This document shows positions 1 through 10,560 of a DNA stretch of 64,000 nt, one piece after another. Origin of the DNA: Eledone cirrhosa (Eukaryota); the NCBI GenBank assembly GCA_964016885.1, contig OZ024754.1, positions 12,276,001 through 12,340,000 of the forward strand. The letters are read 5' to 3'. A model generated the notes under the pieces. The model ran no database searches and was not told the DNA's origin. It saw nothing but the letters and a program-made list of their open reading frames with translations. Positions within the stretch are counted from its first letter, which is position 1. Every line of letters begins with the position of its first letter. Both the position numbers and the translations under genes were made by a program.

Positions 1-21
1 AAATATATGTGTGTGTACATA

Positions 22-65
<44 letters not shown>

Positions 66-399
66 TATATATATATGTGTGTGTATATATATATATGTAC
101 ATATATATATATATATGTGTGTATATATATATGTATATATATATGTACATATATAGATATATAGGAGATTGTCATGATCATCATAATTTTTACATCCATT
201 TTTCCATGCTCTACTGCAGATTCCATTCACTGGGATTTCTTGGCACTTCTTTGGTTGGTTTTCTTGGTCACGCTTTATAACTATTGTGTTTAATTTGGAC
301 CTAATGTTTTTAACTTTTGCTCCATTGAGTACTTTGTGTTTGCCTCAAATAAATCGAAAAGTACTTACTGTGCAACAGCTAAAACTTTATACCTATTAT

Positions 400-774
400 A
401 AGAAACTCACTCAGATGGTGGATGGGTGCTACACGAGAATGCTGAGGATGGCTCTGAACATTAATCAGTATACACTGAGGATGAAAAACTCAGAGCTGTA
501 TGGGAGCCTCCCAAAAGTCAGCTCAAAAGTGACACAGAGGAGACTGAAGTTAGCTGGACATGCTCACCGACATCCAGAGTTGACATTGCACTCAGTGCTC
601 CTGTGGGAGCCCCTACATGGACACACTGGAAGAGGAAGACCAAGGTTAACATATGTTGATGCCCTAAGGACAGACACTGGTCTGTTGGAGACGCAGGACA
701 TGGCAGCGATAATGAGGGACAGAGAGCGCTGGAGAGAACTCGTCCATGGATCTCGGGAATTTTACCTGCCCTAG
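400..774 (+). pseudogene. 3' fragment of an RTE-like non-LTR retrotransposon ORF
   Basis: DGCYTRMLRMALNI...RRLKLAGH...LLWEP...GRGRP..TYVDAL..DTGL..MRDRERW is the typical C-terminus of RTE-type RT ORFs. The stop codon is followed directly by (TA)n. Confidence 0.8.
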
Positions 775-872
775 ATATATATATATATATATATATATGT
801 CTAATGGTAGCTAAGATGCTTCCATAGGTGGTATGCCGGTTGAGCACTCTATGCTCCTACAGAGCAGAGTAT

Positions 873-1184
873 GATATAATGGAAAACGAAAAATCAGTGA
901 TGCATCTGAACTCAATTTATTGTGTGTTACAAGTGTTTCCCCGGCGAACAGCTCGAGGTGCGATCTGTGTGTGGATCGACCTGACTCTACACTCACAGGT
1001 TCCTCGGACATGTCTATTGATTTCGGAGCAAGAGGTAATGCTCCGAAATCAATAGACGTGTCCGAGGAACATGTGAGTCTAGAGTCAGGTCGATCCACCT
1101 CGAGCTGTTCGCCGGGGAAACACTTGTAACACACAATAAATTGAGTTCAGATGCATCACTGATTTTTCGTTTTCCATTCTATAT
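873..1184. repeat. Fold-back palindrome (arms about 150 bp, 8-nt loop at 1031-1038) carrying degenerate hammerhead motifs with extended stem II
   Basis: 873-1030 is the reverse complement of 1039-1184, apart from a few substitutions and an internal deletion in the right arm. Right arm reads GTGT-CCGAGGA...GAAA-CACTTG-TA-ACAC. Confidence 0.85.
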
Positions 1185-1436
1185 CTATCTATATATATAT
1201 ATATATGTATATATATATAATTAAGTTAAAGTGTACATCTACATATGTATACGGAAGTATTAGTATGCATATAAATACACACATGTATACATATGTACAT
1301 GTACTGAGTTTTTCACTAGACACTTTACAGTGAGTGTCAGCTAGTCTGTATGTAACCACACAGACGGACCGGGTTTTAGAGTCATACGAGTTTTCAAGGA
1401 AACACATTTCCTCTATTCTCCAGAGAGCCAGACAGG

Positions 1437-1481
1437 AATATTGGACTAGTTTCGATGTTATTACATCTCATCAGCAATATT
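1437..1481 (-). ncRNA. Minimal type I hammerhead ribozyme (canonical core)
   Basis: Minus strand AATATTG-CTGATGA-GATGT(AATA)ACATC-GAA-ACTAGT-C^CAATATT: 7-bp stem I, intact CUGAUGA/GAAA core, 5-bp stem II, palindromic stem III ACUAGU, GUC cleavage triplet. Confidence 0.88.
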
Positions 1482-1899
1482 TACCCATCTTCCGGCTTCT
1501 CTGGAGAATTGTAAAAGCACATATCGTTATATGCTTTTTCTATGAAAATTAGTAGTGGGTAGACTAATTTGCATAGAACGTGAGTCATTGTACGCACCGG
1601 TTCAGCGGAAACGATAAAAACAAATAACGAAACGAAATTAAATTTCGTTTCGCTTCTAACTCACTTTTGTATGACTGACGCTTAAACAATTAAGTTAAAG
1701 TGTACATCTACATAAGTATACGGAAGTATTAGTATGCATATAAATACACCCATGTATATATATGTACTGAGTTTTTCACTAGACACTTTACAGTGAGTGT
1801 CAGCTAGTCTGTATGTAACCACACAGACGGACCGGGTTTTAGAGTCATACGAGTTTTCAAGGAAACACATTTCCTCTATTCTCCAGAGAGCCAGACAGG

Positions 1900-1944
1900 A
1901 ATATTGGACTAGTTTCGATGTTATTACATCTCATCAGCAATATT
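1900..1944 (-). ncRNA. Minimal type I hammerhead ribozyme, identical second copy
   Basis: Same sequence as 1437-1481, offset by 463 bp. Confidence 0.88.
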
Positions 1945-2422
1945 TACCCATCTTCCGGCTTCTCTGGAGAATATATATATATATATATGTATACATATAT
2001 GTATATATATGTATATATATATATATATGTATATATATATGTATGTATATATATATATATATATATATAACAAAGGAAATGTGGTAAGGAACCATATGGA
2101 CCAAAGTACGCACCAAAGTACTCAATACTTAGGGTAGTAGAGTAGGTAATAGGAACAAGTATGACCCCGACGGCAGAGCTCAAGCCGTTTCGACGATATA
2201 TATATATGTAGAAGTTCTATTTAAATTGTTGGGATACAACAAGCAAATATTTTTATAACTGATATAAAGCACTCAACAAATAATTGGAGTAAAAATACGA
2301 TATTAACAAATGGAAACTATATTTATAAAACCATATTTATTTCATTATACATATTTCAACAGTAATGGTTGCATTCTTTAAGGGTATGTCAATATTTATT
2401 TATAAAACTGCTCTATATTATA

Positions 2423-2483
2423 TTTTATCTGATGAAAGCACACCATAATTTAACTTGGTGTCCTTGAAATATGTATAATGAAA
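2423..2483 (+). ncRNA. Minimal hammerhead ribozyme motif
   Basis: TTTTAT-CTGATGA-AAGCACACCA..TGGTGTCCTT-GAA-ATATGTAT-A^ATGAAA. Stem I 6 bp, stem II 9/10 paired, stem III self-complementary with G-U pairs. Confidence 0.7.
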
Positions 2484-2524
2484 AAAATATGGTTTTATAA
2501 ATATAGTTTCCATTTGTTAATATC

Positions 2525-2560
<36 letters not shown>

Positions 2561-3438
2561 TTCGTTTTTGAATTTGTTTTGCAAGATTTCTTATTTGAAA
2601 ACGTGTGTTGAAACAAATATTGTTATACTTTGGGAGGGTCATGTTGCCAATAAAACACATGCACCTGTTGGTTTTCACTTCAATTTATTATAAATTTCCA
2701 GTTGGTTGGTTGGTTCGATATGTATGACCTCCTACAAGATGGTGTAGGACAGAACAAAGAAGAGACACAAAATAAAAACCTAGTCACTGAGGGGGTCACA
2801 GAATGTGTGACGAAAGAGCTTTGACAATATATAAACAACCTTCCAGTTATCAACCAACCAACCAGAAATTTACTGCTGATAGCGGGCTTATACTATTAAG
2901 TTTATACTAAGATATGTCAATATCTTAACACCAAATATTATATTTTATCTGATGAAAGCATACTAGAATTTAGTATAATTTAGAAATTAGAAATCATCAT
3001 CCTCCTCATCAATCATCATCATCGTTTAACATCTATCTCCCATGCTATGGCATTCATCATCATCATCAACTTCGTTTAACGTCCATTTTCCACACTAGCA
3101 TGGGTTAGACGGATTATAAAGATATTTTCCATTTATTAATTTTGTTAATATCTATCTACACACACACACACACACACATACACACACACACACACATACA
3201 CATATATATATATATATATAGTTTAATAAATAAACAGAGAACAAAAAACAGGAAAACAAAGAGGCAGTACAAATGATATTAGTATTAGTTTCACACTTGA
3301 GAGTGGGAGGGAGGGTATATAATACCAGTTCAAGTAGGTTACAATACTAGTGGTACTTGTAGAGCACATACCTAGATTCCTTTGGATTATACATTGTTAG
3401 TTTTATTACATAATAGTGTGAGAAAATTGTTTGTCATC

Positions 3439-3512
<74 letters not shown>

Positions 3513-3515
<3 letters not shown>

Positions 3516-3765
3516 TCATCATCATCATCATCATCATCGTTTAACGTCCATGTTCCACGCTTGCATGGGTTTGGACGGGAGTTTTCCCACTTGAGGCAAG
3601 AGTGGTTGTCATTGCTCACATAGGACTATCTGGCGGGTTTTCTACAGCTGGATGCCCTTCCTAACACCAACCACATTTACGGTGTGGGGCTGGGAGGTTT
3701 TTACCGTGTTGCCTACACGGCTACATTACAGCGTGGACTGTGTGTTTTTTAGTCGTGACACCTAC
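3513..3765 (-). mobile_element. 3' UTR fragment of the RTE-type LINE
   Basis: Near-identical to about 8046-8297, with a (TGA)n tail. Confidence 0.85.
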
Positions 3766-3784
3766 ACATATATATATATATATT

Positions 3785-3816
<32 letters not shown>

Positions 3817-4057
3817 TTTTCTCTCTGTCTGGTGGTTTTATATCTCTCTGTTGTTTTCCTCTGTTTTCTTTTTTTCTTTTTTCTCTCCCTTTCTTTTCTC
3901 CACGTTTCTCTCTCTCTCTCTCTCTCCATCTTTTTACTTATCCTTAACACAACGACTTACTAAAATAAACAAACCACTATCCTGATGTCTTCCAAAAGTA
4001 ACGGTCGCATTTTGAAAGGGTGCGTCAATGTTTATTTATAAAACTGGTATATATTGT

Positions 4058-4120
4058 ATTTTGTCTGATGAAGGCATAACATAATTTAACTTGGTATCCT
4101 TGAAATATGTATAATGAAAT
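4058..4120 (+). ncRNA. Minimal hammerhead ribozyme motif (same family as 2423)
   Basis: ATTTTGT-CTGATGA-AGGCATAACA..TGGTATCCTT-GAA-ATATGTAT-A^ATGAAAT. Confidence 0.65.
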
Positions 4121-4676
4121 AAATATGGTTTTATAAATATAGTTTCCATTTGCTAATATGGTATGTATATATATATATATATATATATACCCATATATAT
4201 ATATATTAGTATGTTTGTGCATGTGTCTGATAGTAGGTTTATCACATTCATCTTGATATTGACAAACTTTTAAGCTTCTTGTAGCATATGTTTAAGTCCC
4301 ACATAAAAAAAAATATGTCTTGCAGCATACCTAGTGATGAAGATGGGTTATATATATATATATATATTTGTGAGTGTGTGTGTGTGTGTGTGTATGCATG
4401 CGAGTATGTGTGTGAGAGAGTGTTGTAGCTTTCTTGAAGCATTGTCAAATATAAAAATTGATTGTTTTGGAAGCTACTACAGTGTAAATATTAAGTGAAA
4501 AATTCACATGAAGAAATGTATATATATAATATATATATATATGCAGAAGTTATATTTAATTTGTTGGGATTCAACAAGCTTAAAAGTTTTATAACTGATA
4601 TAAAGCACTCAACAGTTAACTGGAGTAAATATTCAATATATTAATAAATGGAAATTATATTTATAAAACCATAATT

Positions 4677-4739
4677 ATTTTATTATATATATTTCAAGGG
4701 CAACCAAGGCAGTTTTGGTGCAATTTCATCAGATAAAAT
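4677..4739 (-). ncRNA. Minimal hammerhead motif in the left arm of a palindrome
   Basis: Minus strand ATTTTAT-CTGATGA-(imperfect stem II)-GAA-ATATATAT-A^ATAAAAT. Confidence 0.6.
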
Positions 4740-4918
4740 ACAAAATTTGTTTTATAAATGTTGACACACCCTTAGAAAAACAACCTTGACCTAGAAATAC
4801 AACCTTCAACCATCAAGGTTGTTTTTCTAAGGGTATGTCAACATTTATAAAACAAATTTTGTATTTTATCTGATGAAATTGCACCAAAACTGCCTTGGTT
4901 GCCCTTGAAATATATATA
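4684..4918. repeat. Fold-back palindrome (arms 4684-4789 and 4813-4918)
   Basis: Near-perfect reverse-complement arms with a 23-nt spacer. The right arm ends in (TA)n. Confidence 0.9.
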
Positions 4919-5152
4919 TAACCAGATGGTGGTTTATTTATTGCCAAAGCTCTTTCATCACACATTCTGTGACCTCCTCAGTGATTAATTTGTTATTTTG
5001 TTTCTCTCCTTTCTTCTGTCCTTTACCGTCTTGTTTTTTTTTGTGTTGTGGCCACACAAACACAAGATGGTCTCTCTCTCTCTCCCTCCCTCCCCCTCTC
5101 TCTCCCTCTATCTATATATATATATTCATATATATATCATTTGTATATCATT

Positions 5153-5186
<34 letters not shown>

Positions 5187-5366
5187 GATTTTAGTCCAGA
5201 ATTAGCCGTCAAAACAGCTTGAGCTGAGCCGTCGGGGTCCTACTCATTCCTATATATATATATATATTATATATACATATATATATATCATATATATATT
5301 GTATATATCATATATGTATATTATTGTATATATTATATATCATATATTATATATATATATATATAT

Positions 5367-5367
<1 letters not shown>

Positions 5368-5401
<34 letters not shown>

Positions 5402-5724
5402 TTAAGGTCCACTTTTCCCTGCTTGCAAGGGTGGTACGGGAACTGATTCTGGCTTGATTTCTACAGCTGGATGCCCTTCCATACACCAACCTCACTTACA
5501 GTGAGTGCTGGCTGCTTTTTTTGCCGTGGCACCTCCACGACCACTTTACAGTAGAATAATATGGACCCCAGTCCCTATCATCTCATTTCTACAGCTGAGT
5601 AAACTGGAGCAATGTGAAATAAAGTGTCTTGCTCAAGGAAACAACACATCACCCGGTCTGAGAATTGAACTCACAACCTTTCGATTGCAAGGCCAATGCT
5701 CTAACCACTAAGCCATGTGCCTCC
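5368..5724 (-). mobile_element. tRNA-derived CORE-type SINE (family A) with RTE-related 3' tail
   Basis: Head GGAGGCACATGGCTTAGTGG (A box)...GAGTTCAATTC (B box). Middle CCTTGAGCAAGACACTTTA is CORE-like. Tail AAGGGCATCCAGCTGTAGAA...(TGA)n is shared with the RTE 3' end. Six near-identical copies in the window. Confidence 0.85.
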
Positions 5725-6583
5725 ATTATATATATATATATACACACACACCATTTTTCATTCCTATATGCTTTCCCCTTCACTGTGACCTGTCTTTTTC
5801 TCTTCCTTACTGCTATCCCCTTTCTCTCTCCCCCTTCTCTCTCCTTCTCCCTCTTACTTTCAATCACCCTCTCTGCTAGTCACCCTCTCTCGGCTAGCCT
5901 CTTCCTCACACTTTCACTCACTCACTCTCTGCTACTCACCCTCTCTCTCACTTCCTCCATCGTCCCACACCGTGCGAAATTCTTTCCTCGCTTAAGATGT
6001 GTCTTTTGTCTTCTCATCAATATTTGCAAGTTCTTATGTTCAAATGAATCATTGACTTGATTTTCTCATTATTTCCTCTCTTTACGTTGCATCACCATTC
6101 CTCTTTCTTTACCTGTCCCTCTTTCTCCACCCAATTCTTTTTATCCCAATAACTTATTTTAGTTATTGTTCGCGCTAGCCTGACATATCTGGTCTTTAAT
6201 GCGAAGAAATACCTATGATGGCCAGTAGACCACTGATGATGGATAGTCCTGGCTTCTATTTCTAATTCTTCCTTTTTAATTTGTATATCACATTTGCAAC
6301 AACACAGCATGCCATTTTTCATTCCTATATATATTACATATATATATGTGTGTATATATACATGTTACATATATACATTATATATATATATATACATACA
6401 TATATGTATATGCATATATAATTACACACACACACATACACACACACATACATAAATATATATAATTACACATATATATATATAATTACACACATATATA
6501 TATAATTACACACATATGTATATAATTACACACATATGTATATAATTACACATATATGTATATAATTACACATATATAAATAA

Positions 6584-7659
6584 CTAGCAGTAAAGCCCGG
6601 CGTTGCTCGGGGTCGCTCAGTAGCTGTGTTAAAGTTACAATGTTAAGTTTCTTTCTTGGCTTAAAAACTGTAGTGTCTACTGTGCAGACTTGCATGTAGT
6701 GTTTTTGATTAATATTCCCTCAACCAACAATATGCCTTATGAAGTTAAGAAAACATAACGATAACCCGAATGTTATAACAAAAGAGGATGCTGGGGATAG
6801 AAACTGCACTGGTTATTTATTAACAAAGATCGAAAATGTAAACACTGCAACGCAGAGAAAAACATTAGCGTAACCAAATTATCAGTTATGTCTGTCTGCA
6901 CGCCTATATCACCTCTCTGCACGACTGTCTGTCTGCACGCCTATATCACCTCTCTGCACGACTGTCTGTCTGCACGCCTATATCACCTCTCTGCACGACT
7001 ATCTGTCTGCACGCGTATATCACCTCTCTGCACGACTGTCTGTCTGCACGACTGTCTGTCTGCACGCCTAACGACGAAATATTTGCTTGTTTTACGTAGT
7101 CTTTCAATAGACTTGTTTTCAAGTAAAAATATTGTTTTAAAATGCTTTTAAATGGAAATGAAGCAAAACGGGGTCGCTCAGTAGCTGTGTTAAAGTTACA
7201 ATGTTAAGTTTCTTTTTTGGCTTAAAAACTGTAGTGTCTACTGTGCAGACTTGCATGTGGTGTTTTTGATTAATATTCCCTCAACCAACAATATGCCTTA
7301 TGAAGTTAAGAAAACATAACGATAACCCGAATGTTATAACAAAAGAGGATGCTGGGGATAAAAACTGCACTGGTTATTTATTAACAAAGACTGAGAAAGC
7401 CAGCGTAATTTTTTACGTAAGACGCTCAATGTAAACAGAACAAAGGGAAATAACTGATAACTTACGCTCAAAAATCGATACATTATATTCGATTTCGTCA
7501 CATAGGGTGGGTCAATTTGAAATTTTTTTTTCCGATGTCTTCGCTAGGGCTCAATGTACAAGTATAGCAATTTCGGTGCAATTCCGTGAGAGATTCTAAG
7601 AAGAGATGTGTGCCAAAAATCGATAGACAGACAGACAACCACAGTTTTATATATATAGA
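6584..7659 (-). mobile_element. Non-autonomous Helitron
   Basis: Minus-strand 5' end A|TCTATATATATAAAA and 3' hairpin CCCGAGCAACGCCGGG followed by ...CTAG|T. Insertion is between A and T without TSD, and removing it restores the satellite unit. Internal 220-bp direct repeat and 37-bp tandem repeat (6888-7070). Confidence 0.85.
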
Positions 7660-8045
7660 TTATATATATATAATTACACATATATATATATAATTACACA
7701 CACATATATAATTACACATATATGTATATAATTACACATATATAAATAATTATATATATATATAATTACACATATATATATATATAATTACACACACATA
7801 TATATAATTACACAGATATGTATATAATTACACATATATAAATAATTATATATATATAATTACACATATATATATATATATAATTACACATATATATATA
7901 TATATAATTACACATATATGTATATAATTACACATATATAAATAATTATATATATATAATTACACATATATATATATATATATAATTACACATATATATA
8001 TATATAATTACACATATATATATAATTACACATATATAAATAATT

Positions 8046-10560
8046 ATCATCATCATCATCATCATCATCAGGTTTAGCGTCCGTGTTCCACGCTTGCATG
8101 GGTTTGGACGGGGGTTTTCCCACTTGAGGCAAGAGTGGTTGTCTTGCTCGCATAGGACTGTCTGGCGGGTTTTCTACAGTTGGATGCCCTTCCTAACACC
8201 AACCACATTTACAGTGTGGGGCTGGGAGGTTTTTACTGTGTTGCCTACACGGCCACATTTACAGCGTGGACTGTGTGTTTTTTGTCGTGACACCTACACG
8301 ATCTCATTTGTTTCGGCCTGGATGTTGTGGGACCAACATAACTTTACATTGAAAGGGGCGGTGTGGGTGGGGTGGAGGTGGTGGGACGGGGGTGTGTTTT
8401 GATAGAGATGCCTACTGACTGTAGTAGGTTTTTACTTTGTATTTAGGTAAGGCGGGTCTTCTCTATTACTGAGTACCGCCAAAGGTCTCGGTCCAGTGAC
8501 ATTGTCTTGGAGAGGTGTAAGCGTGTGAGGTCGGAATTTATCAGCTCGTCCCATGTTTTTCTGGGTCTGCCTACTCCGTGGCTACCGTCTATCTTTATTG
8601 CCCTGCACTTTGTTATACAGCTGTCGTCTTTCATGCGCATCACGTGACCGTACCAACGTAGCCTTCTCTCGAGTAAACAACATCTGATCCCTCTTATTTC
8701 TAATTTTTTCCTTAGTTCGTTTATGCTTTGCCGTTCACGTATATTACTATTGCACATCCAGCGGAGCATGCAAGCTTCGTTCCTCTCTAGTCTGCGTATA
8801 TCCTCTGCACACAATGCCCAGGTCTCACTGCCATGCAGCATTGCTGTTCGTATGCAGGCATCGTATAACCTGCCTTTCATTTTTAGGGAGAACCCTCTAG
8901 CGGCTAATAGTGGTATAAGCTCTCTGAACTTTTTCCATCCAGTTCTGACTCTAGCTACTGTACTTTCAGAGCACCCTCCCCCACTGCTGATTTTGTCACC
9001 CAGATAACGGAAGCTGTCCACTATTTCTATAGAACCCTCTGCGCAGTTGAAGGAGCTAGTATTTTGTGGGCACTTGCTGCTACTTATTGCACCAGAGCAC
9101 CGGCCACATGTAAAATCTATGTTCTTAGTTAGCTTACCTGTGATCCCACTACATCTTTTATGCACCCATACTTTGCATTTGGGACATAAAATGGAGTTTC
9201 TACCTACGCCTTTCCTACACACTGAGCATGGCCATTTCCCCGATGGGACCGCCGCCTTATTTTCTTTCCTACAAACTAGAACTTTAGTCTTAGCCAGGTT
9301 AATTTTAAGGCCTTTTGATTCTAGGCCGTGCTTCCACGTTTGGAATTTCTTCTCTAGTTCGGTCATTGATTCAGCTATGAGCGTTAGATCATCTGCGTAT
9401 AGGAGTTCCCATGGGCAGCCGGTCTTGAACTCCTCTGTTATAGCCTGAAGGGCAATAATAAATAGTAGGGGGCTAAGAACAGAGCCCTGATGGACACCAA
9501 CTTTTACGCTAAACTCTTCACTATATTCGTTGTTAATTCTAACCTTACTGACTGTTTCTTTATACATGGCTTGTATAGCTCTCACAAGCCATTCGTCAAC
9601 ACCTAGTTTTCTAAGAGACCACCAGATAATGGAACGGGGGACTCTGTCGAAGGCTTTCTCCAAGTCGACGAAAGCTAAGTATAGGGGTTTACTTTTAGCT
9701 AGGTACTTCTCCTGTAGTTGTCGTACAATGAAAAGAGCGTCTGTGGTACTTTTACCTGACACAAACCCGAACTGCATTTCATCTAGATCAATTCTCTCTC
9801 TTAGTTGCGCTATTACTTTTTCCGTGACCTTCATGACCTGGTCGATTAATTTAATGCCTCTATAGTTACTCCTATCTAGGGCATCTCCTTTTCCCTTATA
9901 GCAGTTAACGATGATGCTGCTACGCCATTCCTTCGGAACAACCCCATTCTGTACGACTTGGTTAACTATCCGGGTGACCATGGTGTGTCCCACCGAACCA
10001 GATGCCTTCAGCATCTCAGCAACTATTTCCGAAGGCCCAGCCGCCTTACCCGTCTTCATATCTTTGATTGCCTTACTTATTATACTACCTTCAACTAACA
10101 CTGCTGGTCCCTCTATTGGATCGATCTGGGGGAGACTGTCTTTCTCCCATTTGTTCTCCTCATTTAGAAGCCTTTCGTAGTGACACTTCCAAGCTACCTT
10201 CTTATCAGCGTCGGTGATGGCAAGTATGCCATCATCGTTAAGTACACACTTCTCCCCGACAATATCACGGTTTTCCTTGACACATTGCCTGGCAATCCTG
10301 AACACCTCACGTTTTTGGTCCTCACGTTGTAGAACATGCTTGAACTTTCTTTCCTCTGCTTCCCTTCTTGCGAAGTACACTTGTCTCCTAGCTTCCCTCC
10401 TGGCCACTTGATAGTCTTCTCTACTTCCCCCATCCCGCCATACTTTCCAAGCCTGCTTTTTGGCCTTAATTGACTCCTCCACCTTACTGTTCCACCACCA
10501 TGTTACTCTCCTCCTACCTACAGGCCTGCTCCAGCCACAGACTTCGTCTGCCGCCATCAT
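8046..10560 (-). mobile_element. 5'-truncated RTE-type non-LTR retrotransposon with 3' UTR and (TGA)n tail
   Basis: Uninterrupted RT ORF, no endonuclease domain, about 370-bp 3' UTR ending in (TGA)n. Confidence 0.92.
8443..10560 (-). CDS. Reverse transcriptase (RTE-type) with embedded PHD-like zinc finger; N-terminally truncated
   Basis: Motifs NYRGIKL, QFGF, DLEKAFDRV, GVHQGSVLSPLLF, LYADD, FRYLG, LRWYGHV, GRPRKTW. Insert CSVC...CPKC..WVHKRC...CGRC is C4HC3. The start ATG arises at the truncation junction. Confidence 0.9.
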   Translation of the reverse strand: MMAADEVCGWSRPVGRRRVTWWWNSKVEESIKAKKQAWKVWRDGGSREDYQVARREARRQVYFARREAEERKFKHVLQREDQKREVFRIARQCVKENRDIVGEKCVLNDDGILAITDADKKVAWKCHYERLLNEENKWEKDSLPQIDPIEGPAVLVEGSIISKAIKDMKTGKAAGPSEIVAEMLKASGSVGHTMVTRIVNQVVQNGVVPKEWRSSIIVNCYKGKGDALDRSNYRGIKLIDQVMKVTEKVIAQLRERIDLDEMQFGFVSGKSTTDALFIVRQLQEKYLAKSKPLYLAFVDLEKAFDRVPRSIIWWSLRKLGVDEWLVRAIQAMYKETVSKVRINNEYSEEFSVKVGVHQGSVLSPLLFIIALQAITEEFKTGCPWELLYADDLTLIAESMTELEKKFQTWKHGLESKGLKINLAKTKVLVCRKENKAAVPSGKWPCSVCRKGVGRNSILCPKCKVWVHKRCSGITGKLTKNIDFTCGRCSGAISSSKCPQNTSSFNCAEGSIEIVDSFRYLGDKISSGGGCSESTVARVRTGWKKFRELIPLLAARGFSLKMKGRLYDACIRTAMLHGSETWALCAEDIRRLERNEACMLRWMCNSNIRERQSINELRKKLEIRGIRCCLLERRLRWYGHVMRMKDDSCITKCRAIKIDGSHGVGRPRKTWDELINSDLTRLHLSKTMSLDRDLWRYSVIEKTRLT

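Larger units (their letters stand above)
1217..1972 (-). mobile_element. (TA)n-bounded partial-tandem element (about 1.6 units of 463 bp), Penelope pLTR/retrozyme-like
   Basis: Direct repeats at 1217-1509 and 1688-1972, each containing a hammerhead. A reverse-orientation fragment of the family lies at about 55725-55900. Confidence 0.75.
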
